Positions 27,044 to 41,416 of a stretch of 64,000 bases of DNA are shown here, piece after piece. The notes under the pieces were generated by a model. It made no database searches, had not been told where the DNA came from, and saw only the letters and a program-made list of their open reading frames with translations. Positions within the stretch are counted from its first letter, which is position 1, and each line of letters opens with the position of its first letter. The translations under genes and the position numbers were made by a program. The stretch is taken from assembly GCA_951406725.2 (NCBI GenBank), contig OX597831.1, positions 48,856,001 through 48,920,000 on the forward strand, written 5' to 3'. This stretch comes from Octopus vulgaris (lineage: Eukaryota).

Positions 27044-27856
27044 GTAGGTACTCTTCTACTACATTGTTAACAAACACCCAAATATGCCTAATTGTAGTTG
27101 GTTAGGTTGGTATTACTTAATGCTTAGCTCCAGTTTGGCTGATTCAGCCCTCAAGCAGAACCAATCAAAGATATTCCAGAGGGAATATTGCTTGGTCACA
27201 TGATATTTTCAGACATAATGTATCTATGACTACATAATTTAATGTTTACTGTTCTCAATTTTTTTTTTTAACTTGGAGGGGTTTGATTCAAGGTGATATT
27301 TGGGTGGTATTTCAAATGCATGAACACACATGGGTCAGTGGTTAGGATATTCAGCTCATGACGATAAAGTTGTGAGTTTGATTTCCGGTGACACATTGTT
27401 TCCTTGAGCAAGACACTTTATTTCACATCACTCCATTCCATTCATCTGGCAAAAATGAGTAGCACATGTATTTCAAAGGGCCAACTTTGTCACACTCTGT
27501 GTCATGCTGAATCTCCCTGAGAATTACTTTAAGGGTACGTAGAGCTGTGGACTGCTCAGCCACATGCACGTTAATTTCATGAGCAAGTTGTTCTGTTAAT
27601 CGGATCAACAGGATTTATTTCTAATGCACCATGATTATTTACTCTCTCTTATATTCACCTGCTTGGTCATATTGCTTTCAAGAAATGATGATAGCAGAAA
27701 GTAGTGAAGACATTTCAGTAGATCTTGTAAAGCATGAGGCAAATTCAGTGGTGCTAGTACCATGATAAAATGTACCCAGTACCCTTTATAAAGTAGTCGC
27801 CAGTAAGTGATGCAATGTGGGGTCAAGAGCTCTTCAATCCTATATATATATACATA

Positions 27857-28182
27857 TACAAAATGGGACAAGAACACAAAACATCCAGACAGTTAGGTGA
27901 TACAAGAAAGGGACAACAAAACATCCAGATAAACCATACAAAGAAAACAAGGACAGGTCATTCAGAGTTTTCTTTTCTCAGTCGAGTTCCAGATTATCTT
28001 TGCAATTTTGGCTGGTTATACTTGAGATTGCTCCAATCTGGCCAACCCCAAGGAACTCGACTGAGGAAAGAAAACTTCGACTGATCCGTCCTTGTCTTCT
28101 TTGTATCGTCTATTTGGATTTTTTTTGTACATTTCTTGTATCACATAACTGTCTGGATGTTTTGCGTTCTTGTCCCATTTTG

Positions 28183-28184
<2 letters not shown>
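27857..28184. repeat. About 330-bp foldback palindrome flanked by (TA)n
   Basis: Arms TACAAAATGGGACAAGAAC...CTCAGTCGAGTTCC and GGAACTCGACTGAG...GTTCTTGTCCCATTTTGTA. Confidence 0.9.
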
Positions 28185-28265
<81 letters not shown>

Positions 28266-28565
28266 TAAGAGAGAGGGACCAAAGTGTACGTATGCCGCTA
28301 TATATATATATATTGTAAGAGCAACTGTTTTATCGAAAGCGTATATTGTTGTTAAATACTTAAAATACGAGACTAGAAAAACAGCCAACAACTGATGAAG
28401 GGTCGTTCTTTATGTTGCTTGTTTTGTTTTCCATTTGTGTCGCTTGTTGTTCCAAAGAATAGTTCATGTTCCATGTATTCGTGCTTCATATTTTTTTGTT
28501 GTACATGTTTCATGACATCCTGTGCCCACATATGCATATATATATATATATATATCATTTATCAT

Positions 28566-28629
<64 letters not shown>

Positions 28630-28659
28630 TGTAAGTATGTACATATACATACGTATATA

Positions 28660-28704
<45 letters not shown>

Positions 28705-29588
28705 TATGTATATATATATATATATATATGCCATGATTGAGAAGACCCATCAAGTCAAGTGAAATCATAGTCTTGGCAGATACTGGTGTCACACAACTGG
28801 CACCTGTACTGGTGGCACGTAAAAGCTCACATTACACTCTAAAAGTGGTTGGCATAAGGAAGGGCATCCAGCTGTAGAAACCATGCCAAATCAAACTGGA
28901 GTCTGGTGCAGCCTCTCAACTTACCAGCCCTGATCAAACCATCCAACCGATGCCAGTGGACACTAAATGGACACAAAATGATGATGACAATGATAATGAT
29001 GATGCTATGTACTTAGAAAGCACAAAAACTAGCAAATTGGTTCTGAAATTATTTAATTTACATTATTTTACATGTATTTCAGTGAAGATAGAAAAACCAC
29101 CTTATGTAATCCAGGCCAGGTATATTTTATAGAGTATTCTAAGTAAATGGTAAAATGTCACGTAATATAAATTGCATGATACATACAAGTATATTGTATT
29201 TAAATTTATGAATATATTTAAGCTTATTTCAGGCTATATTGTGTATAAAATATATACTGTTCATATAATGATGAACCATCTGAAGCACAAATATGCAAAT
29301 TAAGTTATCTGCCACTATGGTAGCTTAGTTGCTCACTGTTATCTATAACAGCTGACACTTGGTATGCTATCAATTGAGGAAGGAAATTAGGGATGTCTTC
29401 TCAGAAGAGTAATCAATAAATCATGAAATCGTTCATCAGAACGCTCTCCACTCATTTTTCTTGCTCATTGAAAGTGTAGAAGAAATATGTTCACATTCTT
29501 GTTTAGTTTTTTTTTATCCCAACAAGAGTGAATGACCTTCTAATGTTTAAACATATTTCAGTACATTCAATTCAAGCTGTGTTTTGAA

Positions 29589-29682
<94 letters not shown>

Positions 29683-29695
29683 ATACATATATATA

Positions 29696-29813
29696 TTAGG
29701 TTGAAGAAAAGGTTTGTGTACCATGTTTTGAAGAATTATTGTTGTTTTTGAATAAATTCTTGCATAAAAAATCATTATTTTAACAAGCCACACAAACTTT
29801 TTCCTCAACCTAG
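29696..29813. mobile_element. 118-bp mariner MITE
   Basis: TTAGGTTGAAGAAAA / TTTTCCTCAACCTAG termini with TA flanks. Its 3' portion matches the end of the element at 54359-54894. Confidence 0.88.
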
Positions 29814-29825
29814 TATGTATAAATA

Positions 29826-29861
<36 letters not shown>

Positions 29862-29926
29862 TGTATGTATGTATGTATACATATATATATATAAATATAT
29901 ATATATATGTATGCATGTCTGTATGT

Positions 29927-29961
<35 letters not shown>

Positions 29962-29968
<7 letters not shown>

Positions 29969-30199
29969 ATATTTCGGAATGGTCATATTGCCAGTTTAGC
30001 CAATAAAAACACACGCACTATATATTTGGTGTTATTTTGCTTCAGTGTTATTTATTTTTTACATTAATCTTAATCTTATTTCGGCCAAATAACACCAAAT
30101 ATATAGTGCGTGTGTTTTTATTGGCTAAACTGCCAATATGACCATTCCGAAATATAACAATATCTGTTTCAACACACGACTTCACATAAAAAATCTTGC

Positions 30200-30205
<6 letters not shown>
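29962..30205. repeat. Foldback palindrome (29962-30162) plus a shared tail
   Basis: About 74-bp nearly perfect arms, followed by TCTGTTTCAACACACGACTTCACATAAAAAATCTTGCA. Confidence 0.9.
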
Positions 30206-30237
<32 letters not shown>

Positions 30238-30278
30238 TATATACACACACATACACACACATATATATATATATTATT

Positions 30279-30830
30279 CTTCATTTAGGGATAGCAGTAA
30301 ACATCATAGCACAGGGCTAAGTTAATTTGTTTTGGTATCTTAAAGACAACAATAAGGATTTTAAGTTAGATTGGTTCATCCTGTCCATCTCTTTCCCTTA
30401 TGACAAGGGCAAAGGATTTTGTAACATTTGCAACTCTGAACTCTTCCATATTCTCTTCTCTAAGAATCACCTTGTTAACACACTTATAGAGTAATCTTAC
30501 AAATGTAAGCACTAGCAGAAACATACCTTTAGCTCATATAAGTGATTTATACCAGTCTGTATAGTTTGAACATTTAATTCACCTTGCACTTTACTTCAAT
30601 AGAGAAATCTACTTCCAAGCCTTTGAACATTTTTTCAACCAACATATCCCTCTTTATTTGTTCTCTACTTATTATTTCTTTATCCCTTCTCTTCCTATGG
30701 TCTGCCTTTGACGTCAGATCTACTAACAGTTTTTTTAAAAATACTTAATAGCATTCGGTTTATCATTTATGCCGTCATCAAAATTATAATGTCTTGTTGT
30801 TGCGATAGGTTCTCAACAACAAGACATTAT
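30279..30830 (+). mobile_element. Penelope-like endonuclease C-terminal fragment and 3' UTR
   Basis: SFRDSSKHHSTGLS...WYLKDNNKDFKLDWFIL...PYDKGKGFCNICNSE...LVNTLIE.SYKCKH. Same family as 22473-22688, with a shared TTGACGTCA UTR block. Confidence 0.82.
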
Positions 30831-31286
30831 AACATTATTTTACACTATTTATTCCTTTGGAATGTTTCTAACATCCCTTTTTTATCATACTTAGGGCACT
30901 TACAATAACAGGAACAACTCTTATTTTAAGATGCTACATTTTTTGTATTTCAATTTCCAGGTCTTATATTGCCTTAGTTTTTTAAATTCTTTGATAGATA
31001 TATTTTTATCTGTGGGAATTATTATGAATTTGGTGAGTTGGCAGCATCATTAGAATACTGAATAAAATTCTTTGAAACATCTTTACATTCTGAGTTTTAA
31101 ATCTACCAAAGTTGATTTTGCCTTTCATCATTTTAGTACAAGTTATGCACTGGGGTCAATATAATTGACTAGCCCCTCCCACCAAAACTTCAGTCCTTGT
31201 GCCTATAGTAGAAAGAATTATTATTATTATGGTTGTTGATGTTGCTGTTGTTATCCTGATTATGATTATTTTTTTTTATTATTCAG

Positions 31287-31621
31287 GTTGGGACATTGAA
31301 AACGGCTGCTCGGATGGACTACAGCCATCAATGTTAATTTCCTTGACTTGCCCGAAGTTATGTGCCCGTCACTTCCAAGGCCAGCATCACTACCTGGGAG
31401 GTCGGTACATACCACGTACCCTGGAACTCCGATACGAGCTAAACCTACCCCAGTATGCCGGCATTGATTGTACAGTGGAGCTGAAGACACAGCATCAGTC
31501 AACTACCCACAATACTAGCGCAACCACTACCACTACTACTACTTCTTCTTCAACTACTACCACCACTACTACTAATACTACTAATACTAATACCAATACT
31601 ACAGCTTCCTCAGCCTCATAG
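31287..31621 (+). CDS. Terminal coding exon C of the YjeF_N / NAXE-like gene
   Basis: Acceptor ttattattcAG completes the split Gly codon. Encodes (G)[66 protein letters not shown], then a T/S-rich tail and TAG at 31619-31621. Confidence 0.93.
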
Positions 31622-31799
31622 AAGCGCGTCCATCCTTTTATTTTCTATTTATATATCTGTTTATCTATTTTCTTTTCTCTTTCTCTTCTTTCTTTCTATG
31701 TATCTATCTCTGCATCTTTGTTCATCTGTCTCTCTCTCTCTCTCTCTTTCGCCTCTTTCTTCTCACTCTATATCTGCATATTTAACTATCTCTCCCCCC

Positions 31800-31831
<32 letters not shown>

Positions 31832-32265
31832 ATCAATATTTCTTGATATTTTAAATCTTATCTACTAAAATTTTAAAAAAAACATGAAAATATAACACTA
31901 ATAATAATGATGATGACGATGATGATGATAATGATGATGATCATGGGGATGAACTTGGGTGATGGGGGGATGATTGGTTACCTAAATTATAATGGTAATA
32001 GTGTTTATATCAAGAACATCAAGATGATGATGATAATGATGAGAATGATAATGGGAATGAGCATGATGATGATTATGATGATGATGATGATGACAGCAGT
32101 GGCAGCAATGGTGCAGATAGTGGTGAGGAAGTGGGTGCTCCAGCATGGTCACGGTCAAATGACTGAAAGAAGTAAAAGAATAAAAGAATATATGTGTAAA
32201 CACTTAAGTTTACAGGTGAGTGTATCTGGTATAATAATAATAATAACAACAACAACAACAATAAC

Positions 32266-32301
<36 letters not shown>

Positions 32302-32731
32302 TATGGTAAATAACAAATGCCACCACCACCAGCATTGATACCACTACCACTAGTACCACCAGCACCACCACAACCACCACCTCCATCACCATGATAACCA
32401 TCATCAACATCATGATCCTAATCATCATCATTCTCATCATTGTTGTGATTATTGTTGTTGTTCTTGAATGTGTGTAGCTGGAGTATACACAGTAAGGGCC
32501 TCACACTACCCAGTGAAGCCTGTGGACACAGTTTCAATTCCCAGCTGAAGAAAGCTATCCACAACAGATTATATTGTTAATACCCCCTTGGAAAAGACAT
32601 AAACAATTCACCCACTATGTTCATGACATAGTAATCTACAAAGCCTTGTGTCTGTCTATGTAAGTTACATTATTATTGTTTTGATTAACTATAGATTTTT
32701 CTCTTTGATAGATAGATAGATATAGATATAG

Positions 32732-32769
<38 letters not shown>

Positions 32770-32788
32770 ATACAAATATATATATATA

Positions 32789-32836
<48 letters not shown>

Positions 32837-33082
32837 CATATATATGAATATATATATACACATATACATACATATATATGATATATATATATATATATAT
32901 TATGTTTATAGTATATATATATATATATATACACATACATATATATGATTATATATAAAAGTATTATATTTATAATGTATATATATATACATATATATAT
33001 ATATATAATAGATATGATATATTATATATATATAATTCTTGTAATATAAATTTTTTTGTTGGTAAATTCCGTCTTCTCTATC

Positions 33083-33189
<107 letters not shown>

Positions 33190-33299
33190 TATTTATTTAT
33201 TTATTTATAAGATTAGCAGAATTTTGGGGAAGTTATAATTGATTCTTTCTCACTCCACAAAATTTCTACCAATGTGCCACTCTAAGAACATTAATGGTT

Positions 33300-33751
33300 T
33301 ATGTTGACAGATTGGCAGAATCATTAGAGTGTCAGACAAAAAAAAAATGCTTTGCAGTATCTGTTCTGATACATTACATTCTGGGTTCAAATCCCATCGA
33401 AGTCAACTTTATTGTTCAACCCTCCGGAGATAAAATTAAAATCAAGTGCTTGGATTTTATTTCAACTACTTGATATATTTGCTAAATTTTTATTAACTAC
33501 TCCCCCATATATTTTTGACCCTGTTCCTTTGCTAAGAAAAATTACAAAGGACAGTGGTTTAACAGATTCATTAGAACATCAGACTAAATGCATCACAGTA
33601 TTTCTTCTGACTCTTTACATTCTGAGTTCAAATCCCACAAAGGTCAACTTTGCCTTTTGAGCTTTCCAGGCTTGACTACATGAAGTACATTTCAAGTACT
33701 AACCCCATTCCTATAAAAATTTAATTGCCTTTTGCTTAAATTAGAAACATC

Positions 33752-33782
<31 letters not shown>

Positions 33783-33911
33783 TTATTATTACTGACTTTG
33801 CCTTTCATCCTTTCGGGGTCGATAAATTAAGTACCAATTACATACTGAAGTCGATCTAATCAACTGACCCCCTCTCCCAAAATTTCGGGCCTTGTGCCTA
33901 GAGGAGAAAAG

Positions 33912-33964
<53 letters not shown>

Positions 33965-34180
33965 GGCAGCGAGCTAGCAGAATCGTTAGAAGCAAAATAC
34001 TTTGTGGTATTTTGTCCTTCTTCACATTCTGAGTTCAAATTCCACTGAGGTTGACTTTGCCTGTCATCCTTTTGGGGTTGATAAATTAAATACCAGTGAA
34101 ACACTAGAGTCAATGTAATTGGACTGTCCCCTTCCCCTAAATTTCAGGCCTTGTGCCTATAGTAGAAAGGATTGTTATTA
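33300..34180 (+). mobile_element. Tandem cluster of MetaSINE-like family B copies in (TTA)n
   Basis: Repeated GGCAGAATC.TTAG...TTCTGAGTTCAAAT...GCCTTTCATCCTTTCGGGGTCGATAAATTAAGTACC...GGCCTTGTGCCT units. Other copies at about 6655-6860, 31035-31220, 36985-37205, 41100-41860, 47530-48330(-), 56345-56490(-), 56780-57000, 57920-58290 and 61870-62080(-). Confidence 0.8.
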
Positions 34181-34232
<52 letters not shown>

Positions 34233-34722
34233 GGAAGAATTGTTAAAGCAGTGAGAAAAATATGACTAAATACTTTGTGATATGTAGTCACAAAACATAT
34301 TCTCAGTCCAAATCTTGACAAGGTCATTCTCATTTTTCTCTTTTTTTTTATCCTTCAGGGGTTGATGAAATGAAGTACCCCTAAAGTCAGGTGCTTGGTT
34401 GATTTATTCTGCTGTTACTGTCCCCAACAATATTTCGCCTTGTGTCCTTGTTAGAAATCTTAATAATCATCATCCTCATCATCATCATTGTCGTCGTCAT
34501 CATCATCATCATCGTTGTTGTCCTCATAAATATAAGGGGATTAATATTCGTTGTTTTTTTTTTGTTGTTTTGTTTTCTGCTGACATATTTTAGCTGCAAA
34601 GCTTGCCGCTTCATATACAAAGTTGGGGTGTAAGAGGCAGGGTAGTTTGGAACCCTTCGTTCTGTTATTCAATGCCACATGTTATTCTTTTACATACACT
34701 ACAAAGTGTGTTTGTATATGTA

Positions 34723-34770
<48 letters not shown>

Positions 34771-34865
34771 TAAACATTCATATCGTATATATATACATAG
34801 CACACATTCACATAAATATATATATATATACGTGTGTGTGTATGTGTGTGTGTATGTATGTATGT

Positions 34866-35175
34866 ATATTCTGTTGTGTCTGGGGAGAGGCATTCTCTTT
34901 TAGTGCCTTATAATCTAACACACTCACTGGTAAAATTTCCATTCATTTCCTTCATTTTTCTAAAATTTTCTTTGCATCTTGCAACCTTGACTATTGAAAA
35001 GGTTGCAAGACATAATGAAAATTTTAGAAAAATAAAGAAAGAAATTAGTGGAAATTTTACCGGTGAGTGTGTTAAATTATAAGGCACTAAAAGAGAATGA
35101 CTCTCCCCAGACACAACAGAATATGTTTCAACACATGAACTCACATAAAGAATCTTGCAAACCAAATCCAAAAAC
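34866..35175. repeat. Foldback palindrome (34866-35124) plus a shared tail
   Basis: About 120-bp arms. Tail TGTTTCAACACATGAACTCACATAAAGAATCTTGCA is homologous to 30163-30205. Confidence 0.9.
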
Positions 35176-36620
35176 GAAATATATATACATATACATATAC
35201 AAATATGCATTTTTATATATACACATGTATATCAATACATTTATCTATGTATAAATACAAGTGTGTGTATACAGATCTACACAGAGACACATGCATACAC
35301 ATTCCTGTATTAGTATACATTCATATGTATGTGTGCTTTGCATATATACATACATATTATATTTTGTGTGTATATATATATATGCATACACACTCACACA
35401 CACATATACAAAAATACATGCTTATGTATGTTTTACATTTATACATATATATTATACATGCTATGTATATGTATGTATATATATATATATACACACACAT
35501 TCATTTGTTTGTATATATATATATATATGTATATGTTCATATATATATATATATATACACACACATGCACACACACACACGTGCACTCACACACACACAC
35601 ACACGTGCACCCATACACACACATATGTACCTATGTATGCATATGCATATTGTACAGCCTTGCTGTGGATGTAAAGTTTATATATATATAAAGAAGCTAA
35701 ATAAATGGGCACCCAGAGTCTCCCATTTACATTTGTTGACACCTCACTATATTTACTACTTACTGCCATCCAACTCACACTTGCCATTCTAACATCTCCA
35801 TACACAAACGTGCTTTGCTTTCTTTGAGATTGTTTTATAACCGTAAGCACATGTGCAATTTGTGCGTGCATCCCACACCCATCATATGAGTATTTTGATT
35901 ACAACTCTGCTTTAGGCACTAATTAGATTTGCAAGAACTGTTTTGTTATTTTTTGACACTGAGGTGACAACACTTCTGTCACAATCGTTCATGCCATTTG
36001 CTTAAGGAAACTTATTCCTAAATTTACTTATAGAATCAGTAAATTCAATATTTAAATTATATATTTATTGCTGGCAAACTTATGTTCGGAAGTTTAACCT
36101 ATGTATCTCAATGACTAACCCAGGATCCAAGGTTTAACCTGTTATCGATTGAATGGAGGCTGTGTGTTTATACAGTTTTCAAACTGAAGTGTTGGTGTGA
36201 ACACGAAGAGAATATCACTGAGTGTTCATACACTTTTTTTCTTTCTTTTAAGGTGTTTTTTTTTTGCTCCCATGGTATTGACACACCAATACTTTGATTA
36301 AAACTATTTGCTGCTGTACTATTGATATCCTTGCTTAACCATCACACCCAGAAACACAGACACACACACACACACACATCAACTCACATACACAAGACAA
36401 CCATTCACATGCAGACAGACATATACATACATACATGCACAGATGTGTGTGTATGTACATATATATATGTATATATACATACATATATGTGTGTGTCTAT
36501 ATATATATATATATATACACATACACACACACGTATATATATAGAGAGAGAGACACACACATGCATATGTGTGTGTGTTTGTCTATATATATATACACAT
36601 ATGTATGTGTGTGTATGTGA

Positions 36621-36667
<47 letters not shown>

Positions 36668-36730
36668 TTTATATACACACACTTGTATGCATGTGTGTGT
36701 GGATATATATATATATATATATATTTATGT

Positions 36731-36791
<61 letters not shown>

Positions 36792-37729
36792 CAAAAAAAA
36801 AAAAAAATATATATATACAAACATATATATATATACAAACAATATGCATATATAAGTATAGGCTTGGGTATATCTACATACTCATGCATACATACATGCA
36901 TACACATACACACCTATACTTAAACATGCAAAAATCTATATATGTGTCTTTGCTATGGTTATACATCTTCAATATTAGTTTATTTGAAGGCACTGAGCTA
37001 CCAGAATTGTTGGCACGTTGGTCAAAATGCTTAGAGGCATTTCTTCTGGCTGTTTACGTTCTGAGTTCAAATCCTGCCAAGGTCAACTTTGCCTTTCATC
37101 CTTTCAGGGTCGATAGAATAAGTACCAGTCAAGTACTGGGGTCAATGTAATTGACTTGCTCCCTACCCCTAAAATACCTGGCCTTGTGGCAAATTTTGGA
37201 ACACTATTAGTTTTTTGGGGGTTCTTTTTAAGTTGCTATGCGAGGGGTAGACTTGTTGTTGTTGTTCTTTTTCTTGTTGTTTATTACTTAATAAATGAAA
37301 TTTTACTGTTTAAAATACTAAATATCTGAGAAAATATAATTTAAACTTTGAGCAAAAATAAATAAAATAATATAAAATTATCAACTGGTTTATGAGTATG
37401 TACATATATATATATATATAAATATTTGTGCGTGAATATATTTGTATACGTGTGTATATGAAATAATATATCTAATCAACCAGATGTCTGTTATATGCCA
37501 TGGTAGACATCTCTTTAATTAGTTATGCATTTCTAAGTTTAATAAACACCAATTAAAGAACACTTAATTTATTGTCTGTCTACAAACAAATGTTAACTCT
37601 ACACAATGTATTGAATACTCGTTTTTATCATTTGTGCACACATACATGTGTTTGTGTGTGAGTATATGTACATATATATAAATACATATTTGTGTCTGTG
37701 TGTGCTTTATGTTATATATATATATATAT

Positions 37730-38085
37730 ATATGTCTGTTACATGTAATAAGTAACACATTTGTCATATCCATATATCCACCTATTACATATATCTTATT
37801 ACATGTCACATATGTCTTCTGTTACATGTGTCTGTTTTCTGTTACATGTGTCTATCTGTTACGTAACATGTTATACATGTCTTTCTGTTATATCTCACAT
37901 GTGCACACCTGTTGCATGTGTTTATTTTTCATATATCACTTATTACATGTATTTCCCTGTTACATATTATACATTACATGTGGCTGTCTTTTGCTTGTAT
38001 TTGTTACGTCTTTACATTACTTACATATGGCTGTTACATGTTATCTGTTAAACATATCTGTCTGTCACACGTGATATGTTTCCAT
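37730..38085. repeat. Degenerate minisatellite built on TGTTACATG
   Basis: Many TGTTACAT / TATTACAT / TGTCACAT units at short irregular spacing. Confidence 0.75.
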
Positions 38086-38507
38086 GTGTGCGAGTGAAAT
38101 CAAACAGCTCAAGACAGAAATGAATGAACCAGAAGTGCCTGAGTGGAGATGGTATGAGACCAAACAAGTACTGGCTGATCTCATGTCAGCTCCAAGGAGC
38201 CGAAGCCACTGAGTAAAATCAGAAATGACTGAGCGAAAAGACTATACATCTGTGGGTCAAAGATTGGTGGATATTGGTGAGTGGCTTCAAGCCTGTTAAT
38301 TGAGCAGTTTTTCTCTTGAAGTCCAATGCATTTGTGTGGATCAGCAACACTGTCACAGATGTAGTAGTTCTCTATTGATATTTTTAGCATACAAAGATAT
38401 ATATATATAAATGTAAAAATTTAGATTCAGATGAATATGGTACTTAAGTTGAGGCACCAGAATTTAGTACAGTATTATCCATAAAATTTCAAAATAAGGT
38501 GACTAAA

Positions 38508-38820
38508 ATCAAAATAAGCAACAAGGATATCCTGAGGTAATGCAGTACGATTGTTTCATGCAACTCCATTTAACTAAACAATGCAATCATTTCATTACAT
38601 CAATTTAAAATGTAGAGCGATCTTCAGCTGCAAAAAGACAGAGTTTAATTAAATTGTGTCCTTCTGTTCTAATTTAATTAAATTCTATGTCTTCATGCAG
38701 CTGAAGATTGCTCTACATTTTAAATTGATGTAATGAAATGATTGCATTGCTCAATTAAATGGAGTTGCATGAAACAATCGTACTGCATTACCTCTGGATA
38801 TCCTTGTTGCTTATTTTGAT
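38508..38820. repeat. About 310-bp foldback palindrome with a hammerhead motif in each arm
   Basis: Arms ATCAAAATAAGCAACAAGGATATCC... / ...GGATATCCTTGTTGCTTATTTTGAT. Confidence 0.9.
38695..38788 (+). ncRNA. Type I hammerhead-like motif, mirrored on the minus strand at about 38540-38631
   Basis: Stem I ATGCAG/CTGCAT, core CTGAAGA, stem II TGC...GCA with a long insert, GAAAC-AATC-GT-A (GUA triplet). Confidence 0.65.
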
Positions 38821-38855
38821 ATATATATATAAATGTATATTTTCATGAGATACTA

Positions 38856-39000
38856 ATAGTTTCATGTGATGAAAACAACTCAGACAGCATTTTATAACAC
38901 ATATAGTAGCTTCATGCAATCCTCAGAGCCTAAAGATTGTGTGAAGGCACTAGACATATTATAAAATGCTGTCTGCGGTGTTTTCATCACATGAAACTAT
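38856..39000. repeat. 145-bp palindromic MITE-like element
   Basis: ATAGTTTCATGTGATGAAAACA...CAGACAGCATTTTATAA / TTATAAAATGCTGTCTG...TGTTTTCATCACATGAAACTAT. Confidence 0.85.
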
Positions 39001-39244
39001 ATATACATATAAATACACACACACACAGAAATACATATATATGGGCATGCCTGTTTGAAAAGGTTAAACAAAAGTGCTCACAACACTAGAAAAAAACTTC
39101 TTCCCAAAAAAGGTTAGTAACATCCTCAGAAATTAGTAACATATAATAGATTTCATGACATTTTTTTTAAAATAATTTTTATCTTTAAATCACCTGTATA
39201 CCTCAAAAAACTATTAATTCTCATAGACTTTCAAATAGGTATAA

Positions 39245-39275
<31 letters not shown>

Positions 39276-40221
39276 TACATGTATGCACACATGTGTGTGC
39301 ATGTGTGTATGTGTATGCTTTGTTGAGGATTATAGTAGTTGTGGCTGAAGTATTTTTCAGTTCCAAAGATCTGGCTTTGTTATACTGAGGAGGTACATTC
39401 ACCAAAAGAGATCTTCAATGATGGTGAAAAACTAACTTTTCAAGTTAAATATAATTTATATTTAGGGCTAGGGATTTGAAAATGTTTTCATGGTGTGTGC
39501 AGTGATCATGTCATTTTTCTGTTGAAAGATACAAAATTGTATAAACCCATTGGAGACTGTTTATCAGTGTAGATGTTATTCTTAGCCACAGATCTTTACA
39601 TCCAGAGCTCAAGCCCTACTTGGGGCAAATTTGTCTTAAACCCATCTATAGATAAATAAAATATAAAACAACTAAATGTATCATCCCCACTAAAATGTAA
39701 GGACTTAATATAAATTAATAAATTAATAATTTAAATCACAAAACCACACAGTAATAGGATTGACTCAGTTGGTAGAAAGTCCAGACTAACTGATTACTCC
39801 ATTCTGATGCCATATATTTCTCTGAGTTCTAATGATGCCTTGAATTACATTGCTTCTTGTCTTTTGTTTTGGTAAAAATAAATACCAGCAATATAATGCT
39901 TATTAAATTGAGTGTAAAATTGGCTTCTTTATAAAGCTCTTCTAACAACATGTCTTGTGGTATTGCTAATATAAACATGTTTTGTGAAAGTGTTAACACT
40001 TTTCAGTGCAAATCTGTTGGCCTCTATTTGTAGATAGCCATTATATATAATATATATAATCATTGTTTTTACAGAAACAATTTTGCACTTTTCATTTCAA
40101 TTACAGCACTGGAAAATTGCCAAGTCTAAATATTTTTTCTACCACATTTTTTAAAATATACATATATACATACATACACATATATATATATATACATATA
40201 TACATATGTATTATATACACT

Positions 40222-40261
<40 letters not shown>

Positions 40262-40310
40262 CATATATATATAATATATCTTAATATATATATGTGTATA
40301 TGTTAATATG

Positions 40311-40342
<32 letters not shown>

Positions 40343-40575
40343 AATCACAGTATTATGTATACTTAAGAGAAATAATTTAACAGTATGTCTAATGCGATAT
40401 CAACTTTTTCAGTTCCTTTCCAATGTTACCTGCTGCTTCATAAACTATGTAAACTATGTCATCAGTGTGTTGACACTTTCTAGAACAAATCTGTTGGCCA
40501 CACTTTGTAGATACTCATCTGATATACATACGTATATAAATATATATGTGTGTGTATATGTATATATCATGTGTA

Positions 40576-40617
<42 letters not shown>

Positions 40618-40806
40618 TATAAATATATATATATATATGTACACACACATACACACATATATATACATGTACTTTTGCCTCATCACTATAGAATTATTCA
40701 CAACAAATATTTCAGTATTTCTGTTTCTTTGATTTGTCACACTGAAGAAGTGACAAGCTGTATTTTCCATCCAGATACATACAGACATGTACATATACAT
40801 ACATAT

Positions 40807-40860
<54 letters not shown>

Positions 40861-41021
40861 CTCTCTGTTCTCATTGACATTACTTGATGTCATCCAGGGA
40901 CCTAATGATTGATATACCATTTAAAACCTAGATATTCTGAAACTTAGATAAATAAGTTTCTTTATTAAGACTTGCTCACTTATACACACACACATTATTA
41001 TTATTGTTGTTGTTATTGTTG

Positions 41022-41061
<40 letters not shown>

Positions 41062-41310
41062 CATTATTGTTATTGTTATTGTTGTTGTTATTATAATCAT
41101 TATCAAGGTGGAGAACTGACAGTCTCATTAGGTTTAAGACAAAATGCATAAGGGCATTTCTTTTGGCTGTTCCCATTCTGAGTTCAAATCCTACCAAAGT
41201 CAATTTTGCTTTTCATACTTTCAGAGTCAATAAAATAAGGACCAGTCAAGCAAAAAAAAAAAAAAATTCAGGCCTTGTGCCTGTAGTAGAAACAATTATT
41301 ATTATTATTA

Positions 41311-41368
<58 letters not shown>

Positions 41369-41385
41369 TATCATTATTATTATTA

Positions 41386-41416
<31 letters not shown>

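Noticed and set aside
28316-28530. Hammerhead from CTGATGAAGGG at about 28393
   Set aside because: There is no downstream GAAA or pairing stems, so at most it is a PLE-terminal remnant.
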